Assembly: GCA_964399865.1 (NCBI GenBank)
Contig: CAYNRJ010000001.1
Coordinates: 2,315-66,314 of the forward strand
DNA from: an uncultured Candidatus Saccharibacteria bacterium
Lineage (GTDB): Bacteria > Patescibacteriota > Minisyncoccia > Phycocordibacterales > UBA2100
Reading direction: 5' to 3'
DNA: 64,000 nt
Position 1 is the stretch's first letter. Each line of letters opens with the position of its first letter. The position numbers and the translations under genes are program-made. Positions 18,582 through 28,592 of this stretch are shown here, piece by piece. The notes beneath the pieces are model-generated. The model saw nothing but the letters and a program-made list of their open reading frames with translations, searched no databases and was not told where the DNA came from.

Positions 18582-20831
18582 TTGTCCAAAAACGTCCTAA
18601 AAATCACCCCAATGAAGCATATCCTTTTGATAATCGGCGGAGGTATCGTGGTACTGAGCGCGATGACCTTTGTCTTTACGATAACGCAGGTAGAGCAGGA
18701 GCGTGCATCGCTTTCTGCCGATCTTCAATATCGCACACGACTTCTCGCGGACTCACTCAAGGAATCAGTAGAGCCCTCATATCGCGCAGGAATGATGGAA
18801 TCTGTTGAGGCACTCGTCGCGAAATTTACTGACCGCGAACGTCTTGCTGGACTCGCAGTTCTCGATCGTGACGGAGTTATTCTGACGGCGTCTGGAGAAA
18901 TTCCGGAGCCAGTGCAGAGTAATATGCCGCTCGTGACTCGGGCCATGGACTTCAACGCCTCAGAGGGTGAGTTTTTGCGAAGCGGAAGGAGTCATTTCTA
19001 CGTATTTGCTTCACCGCTTAGAGCCAATGAACTACCAGAGGGAGTGCTTCTCGTCATTCAGGACGCAGACTACATTGATAGTGCTGTTCTCAGTATCTTG
19101 TGGAACAACTTTGTTCGTTTTGCGGTGCAGGTGCTGTTCTATTCAGCAGTTGTTCTTCTGATCGTACGCTGGATCATCGTTAAACCACTTTCGCGCCTTG
19201 CAGAATCGGTGAAATCCGTGCGCGCAGGAAAGGGGGGAGCGGATTCTACGCTCGAGCACCCGTTCTTCTTTCAGCCGCTTGCGCACGAAATATTCAAAAT
19301 GTCTAAAAGTCTCACTCAGGCGCGATCTGCTGCGAGCGAGGAGGCGCGTATGCGATTGGAGAAACTCGACACACCTTGGACCGCGGAGCGATTAAAGGAA
19401 TTCGTGAAAGGTCATCTTAAAGATAGACCGATCGTACTCGTCTCAAATCGCGAGCCGTATGTGCACAACAGGGTAAATGGGGAAACGCAGTTCACTGTTC
19501 CTGCGAGCGGTCTAGTTACAGCGCTTGAGCCGGTCATGGAAGCGTGCGGCGGCCTTTGGATAGCGCATGGAAGCGGATCTGCAGATAGAGAAACTGCCGA
19601 TGAGGGCGGCAAGTTACAGGTCCCACCGGAAGAACCACACTACACACTAAAGAGAGTTTGGCTTACGCAAAAGGACATCCAGGGATTTTATACTGGCTTT
19701 TCCAATGAAGCTTTGTGGCCTCTTTGTCACACGGCGCACAATCGCCCCATATTCCGAAAAGAAGACTGGCTCGCGTATCGCCGCGTAAATGGAAAATTCG
19801 CTGAGGCACTCCTCGGCGAGATCAAGAATCTGCAGAATCCGATCATTCTCGTCCAGGATTATCATTTCGCACTCTTGCCGCACATGATCAAGAAAGCGCG
19901 ACCGGATGCGAGCGTCGGTCTTTTCTGGCACATTCCATGGCCGGGTGCCGAAAGTTTTAGTATCTGTCCTTGGAGAAAAGAATTACTCGACGGTATGCTC
20001 GGCGCCGACCTTATCGGCTTCCACACGCAGCAGTACTGCAACAACTTTATGGATACCGTGGGTAAGGAAATTGAAGCTCGTATAGATTTCGAACGATTTG
20101 GCATAAGTCGTGATGGGCATATTTCTCAGATCGAGGCTTTCCCAATTTCGATCGCCTTTACGAATGTGGATGCTCCTCACGACGAGACTGAAAATAAGGG
20201 CGTCTTTAAAAATCTTGGTATCGAGACCGAATTTATTGGTCTGGGTGTAGATCGTCTCGACTACACGAAGGGTATACTTGAGCGCTTTAAGGCGATCGAG
20301 TTCTTCCTTGATGCGCACAGAGATTATGTCGGGAAATTCACCTTCCTTCAGATTTCATCACCCTCAAGAGAAACGTCACAAAAATATCGTGAATACTCAG
20401 AAGAGTGCTCAGAAGCGGCGCAGCGCATCAATGATAAATTCGCAACAGGTGATTGGAAACCGATCGTATTCGAGAAACGACACTTTTCGCATGAGGAGCT
20501 TCGTCCTCTGTATGCGAACGCGGATTTCTGTCTTGTAACCTCCCTTCACGATGGCATGAACCTTGTCGCAAAGGAGTTCGTTGCTGCGCGAAACAATGAG
20601 AGTGGAGTACTTATCCTCAGTCAGTTTGCAGGTGCATCACGTGACCTCAAGGGATCGATCGTCATTAATCCCTATAGTGCCGAGGATGGTGCGGAGGCGA
20701 TCCATTCGGCTCTTACCATGTCACCCACAGAGCAACATCGTCGTATGAAAGCAATGAGAAATATCGTACGCGATAACAACGTCTACCGATGGTCCGCAGA
20801 ATTCCTAAAGACGCTCGCAAACCTCGTGTAA
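18582..20831 (+). CDS. otsA: Fusion protein: N-terminal TM, ~140-aa extracytoplasmic (Cache/PDC-like) domain, TM, HAMP-like linker, then trehalose-6-phosphate synthase (GT20, OtsA).
   Basis: TM1 HILLIIGGGIVVLSAMTFVFTI; TM2 FVRFAVQVLFYSAVVLLIVRWIIV; then IVLVSNREPY…WIAHGSG…LWPLCH…FWHIPWP…GADLIGFHT…, a canonical OtsA. Confidence 0.8.
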   Translation: MSKNVLKITPMKHILLIIGGGIVVLSAMTFVFTITQVEQERASLSADLQYRTRLLADSLKESVEPSYRAGMMESVEALVAKFTDRERLAGLAVLDRDGVILTASGEIPEPVQSNMPLVTRAMDFNASEGEFLRSGRSHFYVFASPLRANELPEGVLLVIQDADYIDSAVLSILWNNFVRFAVQVLFYSAVVLLIVRWIIVKPLSRLAESVKSVRAGKGGADSTLEHPFFFQPLAHEIFKMSKSLTQARSAASEEARMRLEKLDTPWTAERLKEFVKGHLKDRPIVLVSNREPYVHNRVNGETQFTVPASGLVTALEPVMEACGGLWIAHGSGSADRETADEGGKLQVPPEEPHYTLKRVWLTQKDIQGFYTGFSNEALWPLCHTAHNRPIFRKEDWLAYRRVNGKFAEALLGEIKNLQNPIILVQDYHFALLPHMIKKARPDASVGLFWHIPWPGAESFSICPWRKELLDGMLGADLIGFHTQQYCNNFMDTVGKEIEARIDFERFGISRDGHISQIEAFPISIAFTNVDAPHDETENKGVFKNLGIETEFIGLGVDRLDYTKGILERFKAIEFFLDAHRDYVGKFTFLQISSPSRETSQKYREYSEECSEAAQRINDKFATGDWKPIVFEKRHFSHEELRPLYANADFCLVTSLHDGMNLVAKEFVAARNNESGVLILSQFAGASRDLKGSIVINPYSAEDGAEAIHSALTMSPTEQHRRMKAMRNIVRDNNVYRWSAEFLKTLANLV

Positions 20832-20835
20832 TCGC

Positions 20836-21597
20836 ATGAATGAGGATTTTTCTTCCGTACTAGATATCGTTCGCTCCGTGCGGCCGCTACTTCTGCCGCA
20901 CTGGGGAAAGGCGGGGACTGTGGAGTATAAGGAAGCAAACAATCATGGCGCAGTAACGTATTACGATCGTGAGTCGGAGAGGATCCTTTCAACTGCATTA
21001 CGAGAGAAGTATCCCGACATTGGATTTGTAGGGGAAGAGAGCGGTGGGGACAGAACGGTCTCGCGCTTTTGGCTTGCAGACCCGATAGACGGCACAGTCG
21101 CTTTTATCGAAGGAAAGCCGTATTGCACCACGATGCTTGGGCTCATTGAGGAGGGAAAGCAACGGTTAGGAGTTATTTATGATTTCGTTACCGACACTAT
21201 GTATCACGCCGAAAAGGGAAAAGGGGCGTATGAAGAAAATACTCGCATTCATGTGAGCGATCGTATGCCGCCAGACATCCAGCTTGGTGTAGAAACTCAT
21301 GATGGAGAGCTACTGCAAAGAGTTTCTGCCAAGTATCCACTTTTTAAAACCATGACCGCGGGTCACGAATTCGTTCAAGTAGCTAAAGGCGCGATAGAAG
21401 GTCGAGTTTGTTTCAATCCGTTTGGTAAAGACTACGATTTTGCGCCGGGGACATTACTCGTGGCGGAGGCAGGAGGAATTGTCGCAAACATTGGAAAGAA
21501 TACGTACGATTATACAAATTTGAATTTTATAGCAGCGAATAAGCCCGTATATGAGGCTTTAACAAAGGGGTCGGAGGCGATATTTCCGATTGCTTGA
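20836..21597 (+). CDS. Inositol monophosphatase family protein (IMPase/SuhB-like).
   Basis: FWLADPIDGT motif and overall IMPase pattern. Confidence 0.7.
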   Translation: MNEDFSSVLDIVRSVRPLLLPHWGKAGTVEYKEANNHGAVTYYDRESERILSTALREKYPDIGFVGEESGGDRTVSRFWLADPIDGTVAFIEGKPYCTTMLGLIEEGKQRLGVIYDFVTDTMYHAEKGKGAYEENTRIHVSDRMPPDIQLGVETHDGELLQRVSAKYPLFKTMTAGHEFVQVAKGAIEGRVCFNPFGKDYDFAPGTLLVAEAGGIVANIGKNTYDYTNLNFIAANKPVYEALTKGSEAIFPIA

Positions 21598-21615
21598 GGG
21601 AGGGTACAATAAGAC

Positions 21616-24303
21616 ATGCTCGGAGCATGGCACACAGAGGAGGTCTCAGATATTTTGCACGCGTTAAAGGCCTCTGAAAATGGGCTTAGTACTGAAGAAG
21701 CCTCACGAAGACTTAAAGAATCGGGCCCCAACTCCCTACCTGAAGCAAAGAGCGAGAGTATCGCGCTCCTATTTGTCCGCCAATTCAAGAGTTCCCTCAT
21801 TTACGTTCTCCTGGGCGCAAGCGCAGTCATGTTTCTTATGGGGGAATCCGTTGACGCCCTCATCATCCTCGCGGTCCTTCTTTTCAATGCGATCGTGGGA
21901 GCGATTCAGGAGGGGCGCGCGCAGAATACGCTGCGCGCGCTAAAACATTTCGTCGAAACTAACGCGACCGTGATGCGAGGAAATGTTGAGACAATAATTC
22001 CGGATACAGAAGTTGTCGAAGGCGATAGTATTATCTTGCAGGAAGGAGAGAAAGTGCCTGCGGACGCGCGTCTCATGCTTTCACACTCACTTCGAGTGGA
22101 TGAGGCGGCGCTCACCGGTGAATCAGAGCCTGTCACAAAAACTGCCGCGGTACTCTCGAAAATTGATTTGCCGATCACGGATCAGGACAACATGCTCTTT
22201 AAGGGTACGTATGTAGTTGCGGGAAATGGTAAAGCTGTCGTTGTTGCAACAGGTGAGAGAACAGTGATCGGAAAAATTGCAGAAGAGATATCATCTTCAG
22301 CTGTTGAGATCCCACTTGCCGCAAATATCAGATCTCTTTCTCATCTCATCATTGGCGCCGTACTTGCAATATGCGTTGTACTTTTTTTCTACGGGCTTGC
22401 GGTCGGCTATTCAATATCACTTATGTTTGGCACGGCGGTCGCGATCGCAGTGTCAGCGATTCCCGAGGGACTTCCGATCGTTCTTACTCTCGTCCTCGCA
22501 ACCGGCGTGTGGCGAATGGGTAAACGGAACGCACTTGTGAAGCGTCTGCCTGCCGTCGAAGCACTGGGACAAGCGAGGGTCATCGCGGTCGATAAAACAG
22601 GAACACTTACCAAGAACGAAATAATTGTTGAGAAGTTATACATACACGGAGAAGCAAATGGTAAAGGTGATCTTTTTGATATCTCGGGCGTTGGATACGC
22701 CCCAGAGGGTAATGCATCGATCGGTGGCACCAACACGACTCCCGAAATGCATCATGGACTTGCACGGGCCGGGCGAATCGCAGCACTTTCGGCGAATGCG
22801 CGTGTTTTATATTCGGAGGAACTTTCACGTTGGCGTGTGACTGGGGACCCCACAGAAGCAGCACTTCTTGTATTTGCACAGAAGCTGGGACTTAGTAAAG
22901 AGGATATTGAACGGGGCTCGCCTCTTATCGCGGAATTGCCGTTTGACTCTGCAGTCAAATATCACGCACTCGTACATCGTGATGGAAGAGAGCTTTTCTT
23001 ATCAGTCGTAGGGGCGCCGGAAGTCATTCTTTCGATGTGCAACGCGTCTCTGCAGAACGGTGAGCACAAGCATTTATCGGAAACTGAACGAGCGAAAATC
23101 GAAGAGCAATTCCTACGACTTTCCGAAATGGGTCTCAGAGTAGTCGCGCTAGCTGAGAAAAGGCACATTAAAGAAACCTTGGCCGCTGAGGATGTGGGTG
23201 CGCTCACGTTCGTCGCGCTTGTTGGCATGAAAGACGGACTTCGTCCCGAGGTTCCGGACGCGATGCGAAGAGCGATAGCGGCGGGTATTCGCGTGGTCAT
23301 GATAACCGGCGATCATGCCGTCACCGCGCGAGCCATCGGCAAGGAAGCGGGGATATTTCAGGAGGGGGATGCAGTTCTTACGGGTGAGGAAATGAACGCA
23401 CTGTCGGACAATCAGCTTTCACAAAGGATCGGGAAGGTGAGTGTGTTCGCGCGCATGACTCCGGAGCATAAGCTCCGCATCATCAAAGCGTATCGTTTGC
23501 GCGGAGAAATTATTGCGATGACAGGCGATGGTGTGAACGATGCCCCGTCCCTCGTTGCTGCGGATCTAGGTGTCGCTATGGGTGGTATTGGTACGGAAGT
23601 CGCAAAAGAAGCGTCGGACATTATTCTTCTTGATGATAATTTCGGATCGATCGTTTCCGCCGTTGAGGAAGGAAGAAGTATTTATAAAACACTTAAGAAA
23701 GTGATCCTATATCTTTTCTCTACAAATATTGGTGAGGTGCTCGTGATAACAGGCGCACTTATACTTACCCTCCCACTTCCACTCCTCCCATCGCAGATCA
23801 TTTGGCTCAATTTCGTTACAGATGGTTTTCTTACAGCGGCGCTTGCTATGGAGCCAAAAGAGAAAGGGCTTCTGACGAAAACATTTGAGCGGCCAAAAAA
23901 GTATCTCATTGATGGCCTCATGACGAGGCGGATGGTTCTTATGGCGATTACCATGGCGATCGGCACCCTCGGGCTCTTTGTGTTCTATGTCGATGATATT
24001 GCAAAAGCGCTTACTGTGTCTCTTACAGCGCTCGCGGTATTCCAGTGGTTTAACGCATGGAATGTGCGATCAGAAACGGAATCCGTATTTACAATGAATC
24101 CATTCTCGAATTTGTTTCTCGTGGGTGCGACACTCATTGTTGTCGTCTTGCAGGTTCTCGCAGTCTACACATCATTCCTACAGGGCGTGCTTCACACGGT
24201 GCCGATCTCTCTTTCAGAGTGGGCGCTCATCGTTGGCGTAGCGTTCTCCATTGTTATTGTGGAAGAAGTACGGAAAATCTTTGCAAGACAGCGGGCACTT
24301 TGA
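21616..24303 (+). CDS. Cation-transporting P-type ATPase (type II, Ca2+/Mg2+-like).
   Basis: DKTGTLT phosphorylation motif, TGDGVNDAPSL hinge, about 10 TM segments. Confidence 0.85.
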   Translation: MLGAWHTEEVSDILHALKASENGLSTEEASRRLKESGPNSLPEAKSESIALLFVRQFKSSLIYVLLGASAVMFLMGESVDALIILAVLLFNAIVGAIQEGRAQNTLRALKHFVETNATVMRGNVETIIPDTEVVEGDSIILQEGEKVPADARLMLSHSLRVDEAALTGESEPVTKTAAVLSKIDLPITDQDNMLFKGTYVVAGNGKAVVVATGERTVIGKIAEEISSSAVEIPLAANIRSLSHLIIGAVLAICVVLFFYGLAVGYSISLMFGTAVAIAVSAIPEGLPIVLTLVLATGVWRMGKRNALVKRLPAVEALGQARVIAVDKTGTLTKNEIIVEKLYIHGEANGKGDLFDISGVGYAPEGNASIGGTNTTPEMHHGLARAGRIAALSANARVLYSEELSRWRVTGDPTEAALLVFAQKLGLSKEDIERGSPLIAELPFDSAVKYHALVHRDGRELFLSVVGAPEVILSMCNASLQNGEHKHLSETERAKIEEQFLRLSEMGLRVVALAEKRHIKETLAAEDVGALTFVALVGMKDGLRPEVPDAMRRAIAAGIRVVMITGDHAVTARAIGKEAGIFQEGDAVLTGEEMNALSDNQLSQRIGKVSVFARMTPEHKLRIIKAYRLRGEIIAMTGDGVNDAPSLVAADLGVAMGGIGTEVAKEASDIILLDDNFGSIVSAVEEGRSIYKTLKKVILYLFSTNIGEVLVITGALILTLPLPLLPSQIIWLNFVTDGFLTAALAMEPKEKGLLTKTFERPKKYLIDGLMTRRMVLMAITMAIGTLGLFVFYVDDIAKALTVSLTALAVFQWFNAWNVRSETESVFTMNPFSNLFLVGATLIVVVLQVLAVYTSFLQGVLHTVPISLSEWALIVGVAFSIVIVEEVRKIFARQRAL

Positions 24304-24333
24304 GCCCACTAATAAGAGAGTACAATGTACTAG

Positions 24334-24732
24334 ATGAAAGGATACATATCGAACATAGAAGAGGAGTCACTCAGTAACGACAATTTTAGAAGAGTCGTCT
24401 ATACCGCGAAGAACTTCCAACTCGTCGTGATGTCGCTCGAACCAGGAGGCGAAATCGGCGAAGAAACGCATGACGTCGATCAATTCATTCGCATTGAGAA
24501 GGGAGAAGGTAAGGCAATTCTCGATGAAGTCGCGCACTCAATAAGTGATGGGTACGCAGTCATTATTCCTGCGGGAACGACGCATAACATCTTGAATACG
24601 GGAGGAGAGCAGATGAAGATTTACTCACTCTACTCGCCCCCTCATCATAGGGATGCTGTTGTACATAAGACAAAGGAGGATGCGGAAGCAGATTCGGAGG
24701 AATTTGACGGTAAAACGACAGAATCGCTCTAA
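24334..24732 (+). CDS. Cupin-domain protein.
   Basis: Small beta-barrel pattern …AVIIPAGTTHNILNTGGEQ…. Confidence 0.45.
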   Translation: MKGYISNIEEESLSNDNFRRVVYTAKNFQLVVMSLEPGGEIGEETHDVDQFIRIEKGEGKAILDEVAHSISDGYAVIIPAGTTHNILNTGGEQMKIYSLYSPPHHRDAVVHKTKEDAEADSEEFDGKTTESL

Positions 24733-24791
24733 ACGCTACTAAGCGCGGTAGGGGGCGACAAAGCCTAGAGAATACGGTATATTGAGGCTAT

Positions 24792-24810
24792 CTCCGGTAC
24801 GGAGTTTTTA
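24792..24810 (+). terminator. Hairpin ctccg-gta-cggag plus T5; it ends 5 nt before the typA ATG and its 3' arm contains the GGAG that is the likely typA RBS.
   Basis: tctccggtacggagtttttattttATG. Confidence 0.35.
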
Positions 24811-24814
24811 TTTT

Positions 24815-26596
24815 ATGGAAATTCGAAACATAGCGATTATTGCTCACGTCGACCACGGAAAGACAACACTTACGGATGCGCTTTTGAAGCAAACGGGAGT
24901 TGGTGAGGAAGGAGTATCAATGGACTCAAACGATCTTGAGCGTGAGCGCGGTATTACGATTTATTCCAAAAACGCCTCGATTCCATACAAGGGCACAAAG
25001 ATAAACCTTGTAGATACTCCTGGGCACTCCGACTTCGGTTCAGAAGTGGAGCGCGTGCTCCGATCGATCGATTGCGTGCTCCTCGTGGTTGATGCTCAGG
25101 AAGGCCCCATGCCTCAGACACGATTCGTTCTTAAGAAATCACTGGAACTCGGCATTAAACCGATCGTCGTTATAAATAAAATCGACAAGCCGGCGGCTGA
25201 CCCAGCTCGCGCTGAAGAGCAGGTTCTCGAACTCTTCCTCGAGCTCGGTGCTTCAAATGATCAGTCAAACTTCCCTGTCGTATACGCGATCGGCAAACAG
25301 GGTATCGCAAAAATTAAATTGACCGACGATTCAAAAGATTTGACCCCGCTTCTTGAGACTATTCTCACTCACGTGCCTCCTGCAAATAAAGAAGCTGTTG
25401 GGGTTCCTGCGCGCCTACAACCATTCAACCTTGCGTACGATAACTTCCTCGGTCGTCTTGCGATCGTTCGTGTATACGACGGCACTCTGAAGACGGGGGA
25501 TTCTGTATTCGTCAAAAAGCCAACAGGCGAGGCACGTCCCGGGAAGATCACAAAGATGTATACCTTTAAGGGTCTACAGAAAGTAGAAAGTACCGAAGTA
25601 GGTAGCGGAGACATCGCGCTTATCGCAGGTCTTCCAGATATTTATATCGGAGAAACAGTGACGACTGACCAAAATGCTGAAGCGCTCCCAGCTATTGCCA
25701 TCGATGAGCCAACAATTACGCTCAACTTCTTGGTTAACAACTCGCCTTTTGCTGGTCGCGAAGGTAAGTTCGTCACATCACGCCAGATTCGCGAGCGCTT
25801 GGAAAAAGAGCTCGAAGTGAACGTCGGTCTTCGCGTTGCATTTGATAGTGGAGATACATTTAAAGTATCAGGCCGTGGCGAACTCCATGTCGCGATCTTG
25901 CTCGAAAACATGCGTCGTGAGGGATACGAAATGCAGGTCTCTCAGCCGCAGGTAATTTTCCGTGAAGAGAATGGAAAGAAGCTAGAGCCTTTCGAGGAAG
26001 TCATCGTTGATACTCCACAGGAATACCAGGGCTCCATTATGGAGAGACTCGGTACTCGTAAATTTGTCATGAAAGATATGAAGATGCACGAAAATCAGGT
26101 GCGTCTCATTTTTGAAGGTCCTACTCGTGGACTCCTTGGCTACCGCAACCAATTCATTCTCGACACTCGAGGTGAAGGAATACTCTCTTCTCGCGTTATC
26201 GGTTTCCAGCCGCATGCGGGCGAGATAAAGAAGCGTGCAGTTGGCTCGATGATCTCTATGGCTGCCGGCAAGGCGCTCGGCTTCTCACTCTGGAATCTTC
26301 AGGAACGCGGTGTTCTCTACATCGGACCTGCAGTTGAAGTGTATGAGGGTATGGTTATCGGCAACACGTCAAAGGGAGAGGAAATGTCCGTAAACCCTAC
26401 AAAAGGAAAACAGCTCACCAACATGCGAGCATCTGGTTCTGACGAAGCAATCCAGCTTATCCCACCATACGAACTCACTATCGAAAAAGGTCTTGAAGTC
26501 ATGTCTGAGGACGAATACTTGGAGATCACTCCTCTCAGCGTGCGCCTACGTAAGCAGAAGTTGTCTGAAACCGAGCGTTCAAAAGCGAAAAGATAA
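24815..26596 (+). CDS. typA: GTP-binding protein TypA/BipA; start moved to the internal Met (MEIRNIAIIAHVDHGKTTL).
   Basis: G-domain AHVDHGKTTL, DTPGH, NKID; length and C-terminal domain typical of BipA. Confidence 0.9.
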   Translation: MEIRNIAIIAHVDHGKTTLTDALLKQTGVGEEGVSMDSNDLERERGITIYSKNASIPYKGTKINLVDTPGHSDFGSEVERVLRSIDCVLLVVDAQEGPMPQTRFVLKKSLELGIKPIVVINKIDKPAADPARAEEQVLELFLELGASNDQSNFPVVYAIGKQGIAKIKLTDDSKDLTPLLETILTHVPPANKEAVGVPARLQPFNLAYDNFLGRLAIVRVYDGTLKTGDSVFVKKPTGEARPGKITKMYTFKGLQKVESTEVGSGDIALIAGLPDIYIGETVTTDQNAEALPAIAIDEPTITLNFLVNNSPFAGREGKFVTSRQIRERLEKELEVNVGLRVAFDSGDTFKVSGRGELHVAILLENMRREGYEMQVSQPQVIFREENGKKLEPFEEVIVDTPQEYQGSIMERLGTRKFVMKDMKMHENQVRLIFEGPTRGLLGYRNQFILDTRGEGILSSRVIGFQPHAGEIKKRAVGSMISMAAGKALGFSLWNLQERGVLYIGPAVEVYEGMVIGNTSKGEEMSVNPTKGKQLTNMRASGSDEAIQLIPPYELTIEKGLEVMSEDEYLEITPLSVRLRKQKLSETERSKAKR

Positions 26597-26792
26597 GGGG
26601 AACGAAACTCTTTTTCGCCATATGTTCTCCGGAGCACGGATATTTTTCTGCTGAAAAATTCCTCGAGCTCGCGCCGCCGCGCTCGCTGGGCTCCGTCAAA
26701 CACATGCCGAAGCGAGTTTCTAAAGGGAGGAGCTGGGGGAAATACAAAACCGGCAGGGACCGGCACGCCTCGTTAAATGGTATGATTTTCAT

Positions 26793-27188
26793 ATGACAAA
26801 ACGCGCAATGCCAGAGTCGGAGGAAGAGTGGCAGAAGATGCTTACACCCGAGCAGTATAAAGTGCTGCGTGAGAGGGGAACTGAAGCACCCTTCTCCGGC
26901 AATTTTCTAGATGAGAAAGCGGATGGTACATACGCATGCGCAGCATGCGGAAATCCTCTGTTTGCGTCGGATGCAAAATTTGATTCAGGGACTGGCTGGC
27001 CTTCTTTTGACGACGCTCTTCCTGGGGCTGTGGAAACTCACCGCGACGGAACGCTCGGTATGGAGCGAACAGAAATAACCTGCGCTCGCTGCGGGTCACA
27101 CCTCGGTCATGTGTTTGATGACGGTCCCACAAAGACGGGTAAGCGCTACTGCATTAATTCAGTTTGCTTGGACCTCGAGGAAAAATAA
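26793..27188 (+). CDS. msrB: Peptide-methionine (R)-S-oxide reductase MsrB.
   Basis: CxxC…CxxC zinc site (CAACGNPLF … [16 protein letters not shown]) and GWPSF. Confidence 0.9.
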   Translation: MTKRAMPESEEEWQKMLTPEQYKVLRERGTEAPFSGNFLDEKADGTYACAACGNPLFASDAKFDSGTGWPSFDDALPGAVETHRDGTLGMERTEITCARCGSHLGHVFDDGPTKTGKRYCINSVCLDLEEK

Positions 27189-27190
27189 CC

Positions 27191-27748
27191 ATGACATTGA
27201 ATCGCGTCCTTATCGGAGCAGGGTTACTAATTGCTCTCCAAGCGATCGTTCTTTTTCTATTCGGGCAACCCGCTATTTGCGAATGTGGCGTCGTGAAAGT
27301 GTGGGAAGGTGCGGTCCTCAGCTCGGGAAATTCTCAGCACATAAGCGATTGGTACACGTTTTCCCACGTTATTCATGGATTCCTGTTCTATTTAGCGCTT
27401 TGGTATTTCTTCCCTCGCATGTCGATTGGGCTCCGTTTTCTTCTTGCCCTTGGTCTCGAGATCGCTTGGGAGATCTTTGAGAATACTCCAATGATTATTG
27501 AACATTACAGACAACAGGCGCTTGCACAGGGGTACACAGGAGACAGTATCCTCAACTCGGTCATGGATACTGCCGCAATGGCACTTGGATTTCTGTTGGC
27601 TCGAAAATGGGCGGTATGGACGATCATTCTCTCTGCCTTAGTGATGGAAATTTTTGTCGGCTACTCCATTCGGGATAACCTTACGCTCAATACGATTGGT
27701 CTAATTCACCAATTCGAATTCATTAGTGAGTGGCAAATGGGAGGATAA
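27191..27748 (+). CDS. Hypothetical polytopic membrane protein (DUF2585-like), start at the internal Met MTLNRVLIG….
   Basis: 5-6 TM helices; no catalytic motif. Confidence 0.4.
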   Translation: MTLNRVLIGAGLLIALQAIVLFLFGQPAICECGVVKVWEGAVLSSGNSQHISDWYTFSHVIHGFLFYLALWYFFPRMSIGLRFLLALGLEIAWEIFENTPMIIEHYRQQALAQGYTGDSILNSVMDTAAMALGFLLARKWAVWTIILSALVMEIFVGYSIRDNLTLNTIGLIHQFEFISEWQMGG

Positions 27749-27848
27749 TGAATGGTAACTATCGAATAATGAAGTACACTGTGGTGATGCATGCACTTCA
27801 TGAAAGAGAAGGAAAGTGCGTGCGTCTTACTAGCAGAGAATATTCATC

Positions 27849-28136
27849 ATGAGTGATTTCCTAAAGATGGATGTGTTCTTCTTCGTTTCGACGATCGCAG
27901 TTGCGATCGTAACATTGCTCATCGTTCTCATCATGATCCGTGTTTTCCGGATACTTGGTCATGTGGAAGAGATATCAAAAATCGTAAGTGAGGAGGGCAA
28001 TTTGGTGCGCGGGGATATCGCAGAGCTTAGAGCATCCATCAAGACAGAAGGATTCAAGCTTTCCACGACGATTGGATCTTTCGGAAAAATTATTCAGCGT
28101 ATATTCATTAAGAAAAGTAATAATAAAAAAATATGA
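27849..28136 (+). CDS. Small membrane-anchored protein (DUF948/YtxG-like, weak).
   Basis: One N-terminal TM plus an amphipathic C-terminus. Confidence 0.3.
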   Translation: MSDFLKMDVFFFVSTIAVAIVTLLIVLIMIRVFRILGHVEEISKIVSEEGNLVRGDIAELRASIKTEGFKLSTTIGSFGKIIQRIFIKKSNNKKI

Positions 28137-28543
28137 AAACAAAAGGAAAAGTGGGGTTAGGGCTTCTAGCAGCAACAGCTACCGCAGCGGGGGTTGCCGC
28201 TGGGTACTATTTTTACGCCAGTAAAAATGCCAAGAAGAATCGTAAAATCGTCTCGAAATGGGCAGTCGATCTAAAAAAAGATGTTATCAAACAGGCAAAG
28301 AAAGTAGGTAGCATAGATCAAGCTACAATCGCGAATATCATAGATAAGGCTTCGGAGACGTATCAGACGGTTAAGAGCGTAGGTCCAGCAGAACTCTCCC
28401 GCGCGACGAAGGAATTGAAAAATAATTGGAAGGAGCTGGTAGATGAGCTTTCCTCAGGAGGAAAGCGGGCCACATCTGCGGTCAAGAAATCAGTCAAAAA
28501 AGCAAAATCGACATCCACGAAAGTTAAGAAGATCACCTCGTAG
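28133..28543 (+). CDS. Lys-rich small membrane-anchored protein (ATGA-coupled to the upstream gene).
   Basis: N-terminal TM (GLGLLAATATAAGVAAGYYFY) and a K-rich helical tail. Confidence 0.3.
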   Translation: MKTKGKVGLGLLAATATAAGVAAGYYFYASKNAKKNRKIVSKWAVDLKKDVIKQAKKVGSIDQATIANIIDKASETYQTVKSVGPAELSRATKELKNNWKELVDELSSGGKRATSAVKKSVKKAKSTSTKVKKITS

Positions 28544-28572
28544 CCCCGCTGACTGCCGGGGTCCGGTTCTTT
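28543..28572 (+). terminator. Rho-independent terminator (gccccg…cggggt followed by ccggttcttt).
   Basis: tagccccgctgactgccggggtccggttcttt. Confidence 0.45.
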
Positions 28573-28592
28573 ACTCATGGTATATTCATGCC

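Noticed and set aside
26597-26792. Minus-strand ORFs (26317..26766, 26535..26792) and a GC-rich stretch in the typA-msrB spacer.
   Set aside because: No convincing hairpin or motif shared with the repeated structured element; the ORFs overlap the typA 3' end and lack features; left unannotated.
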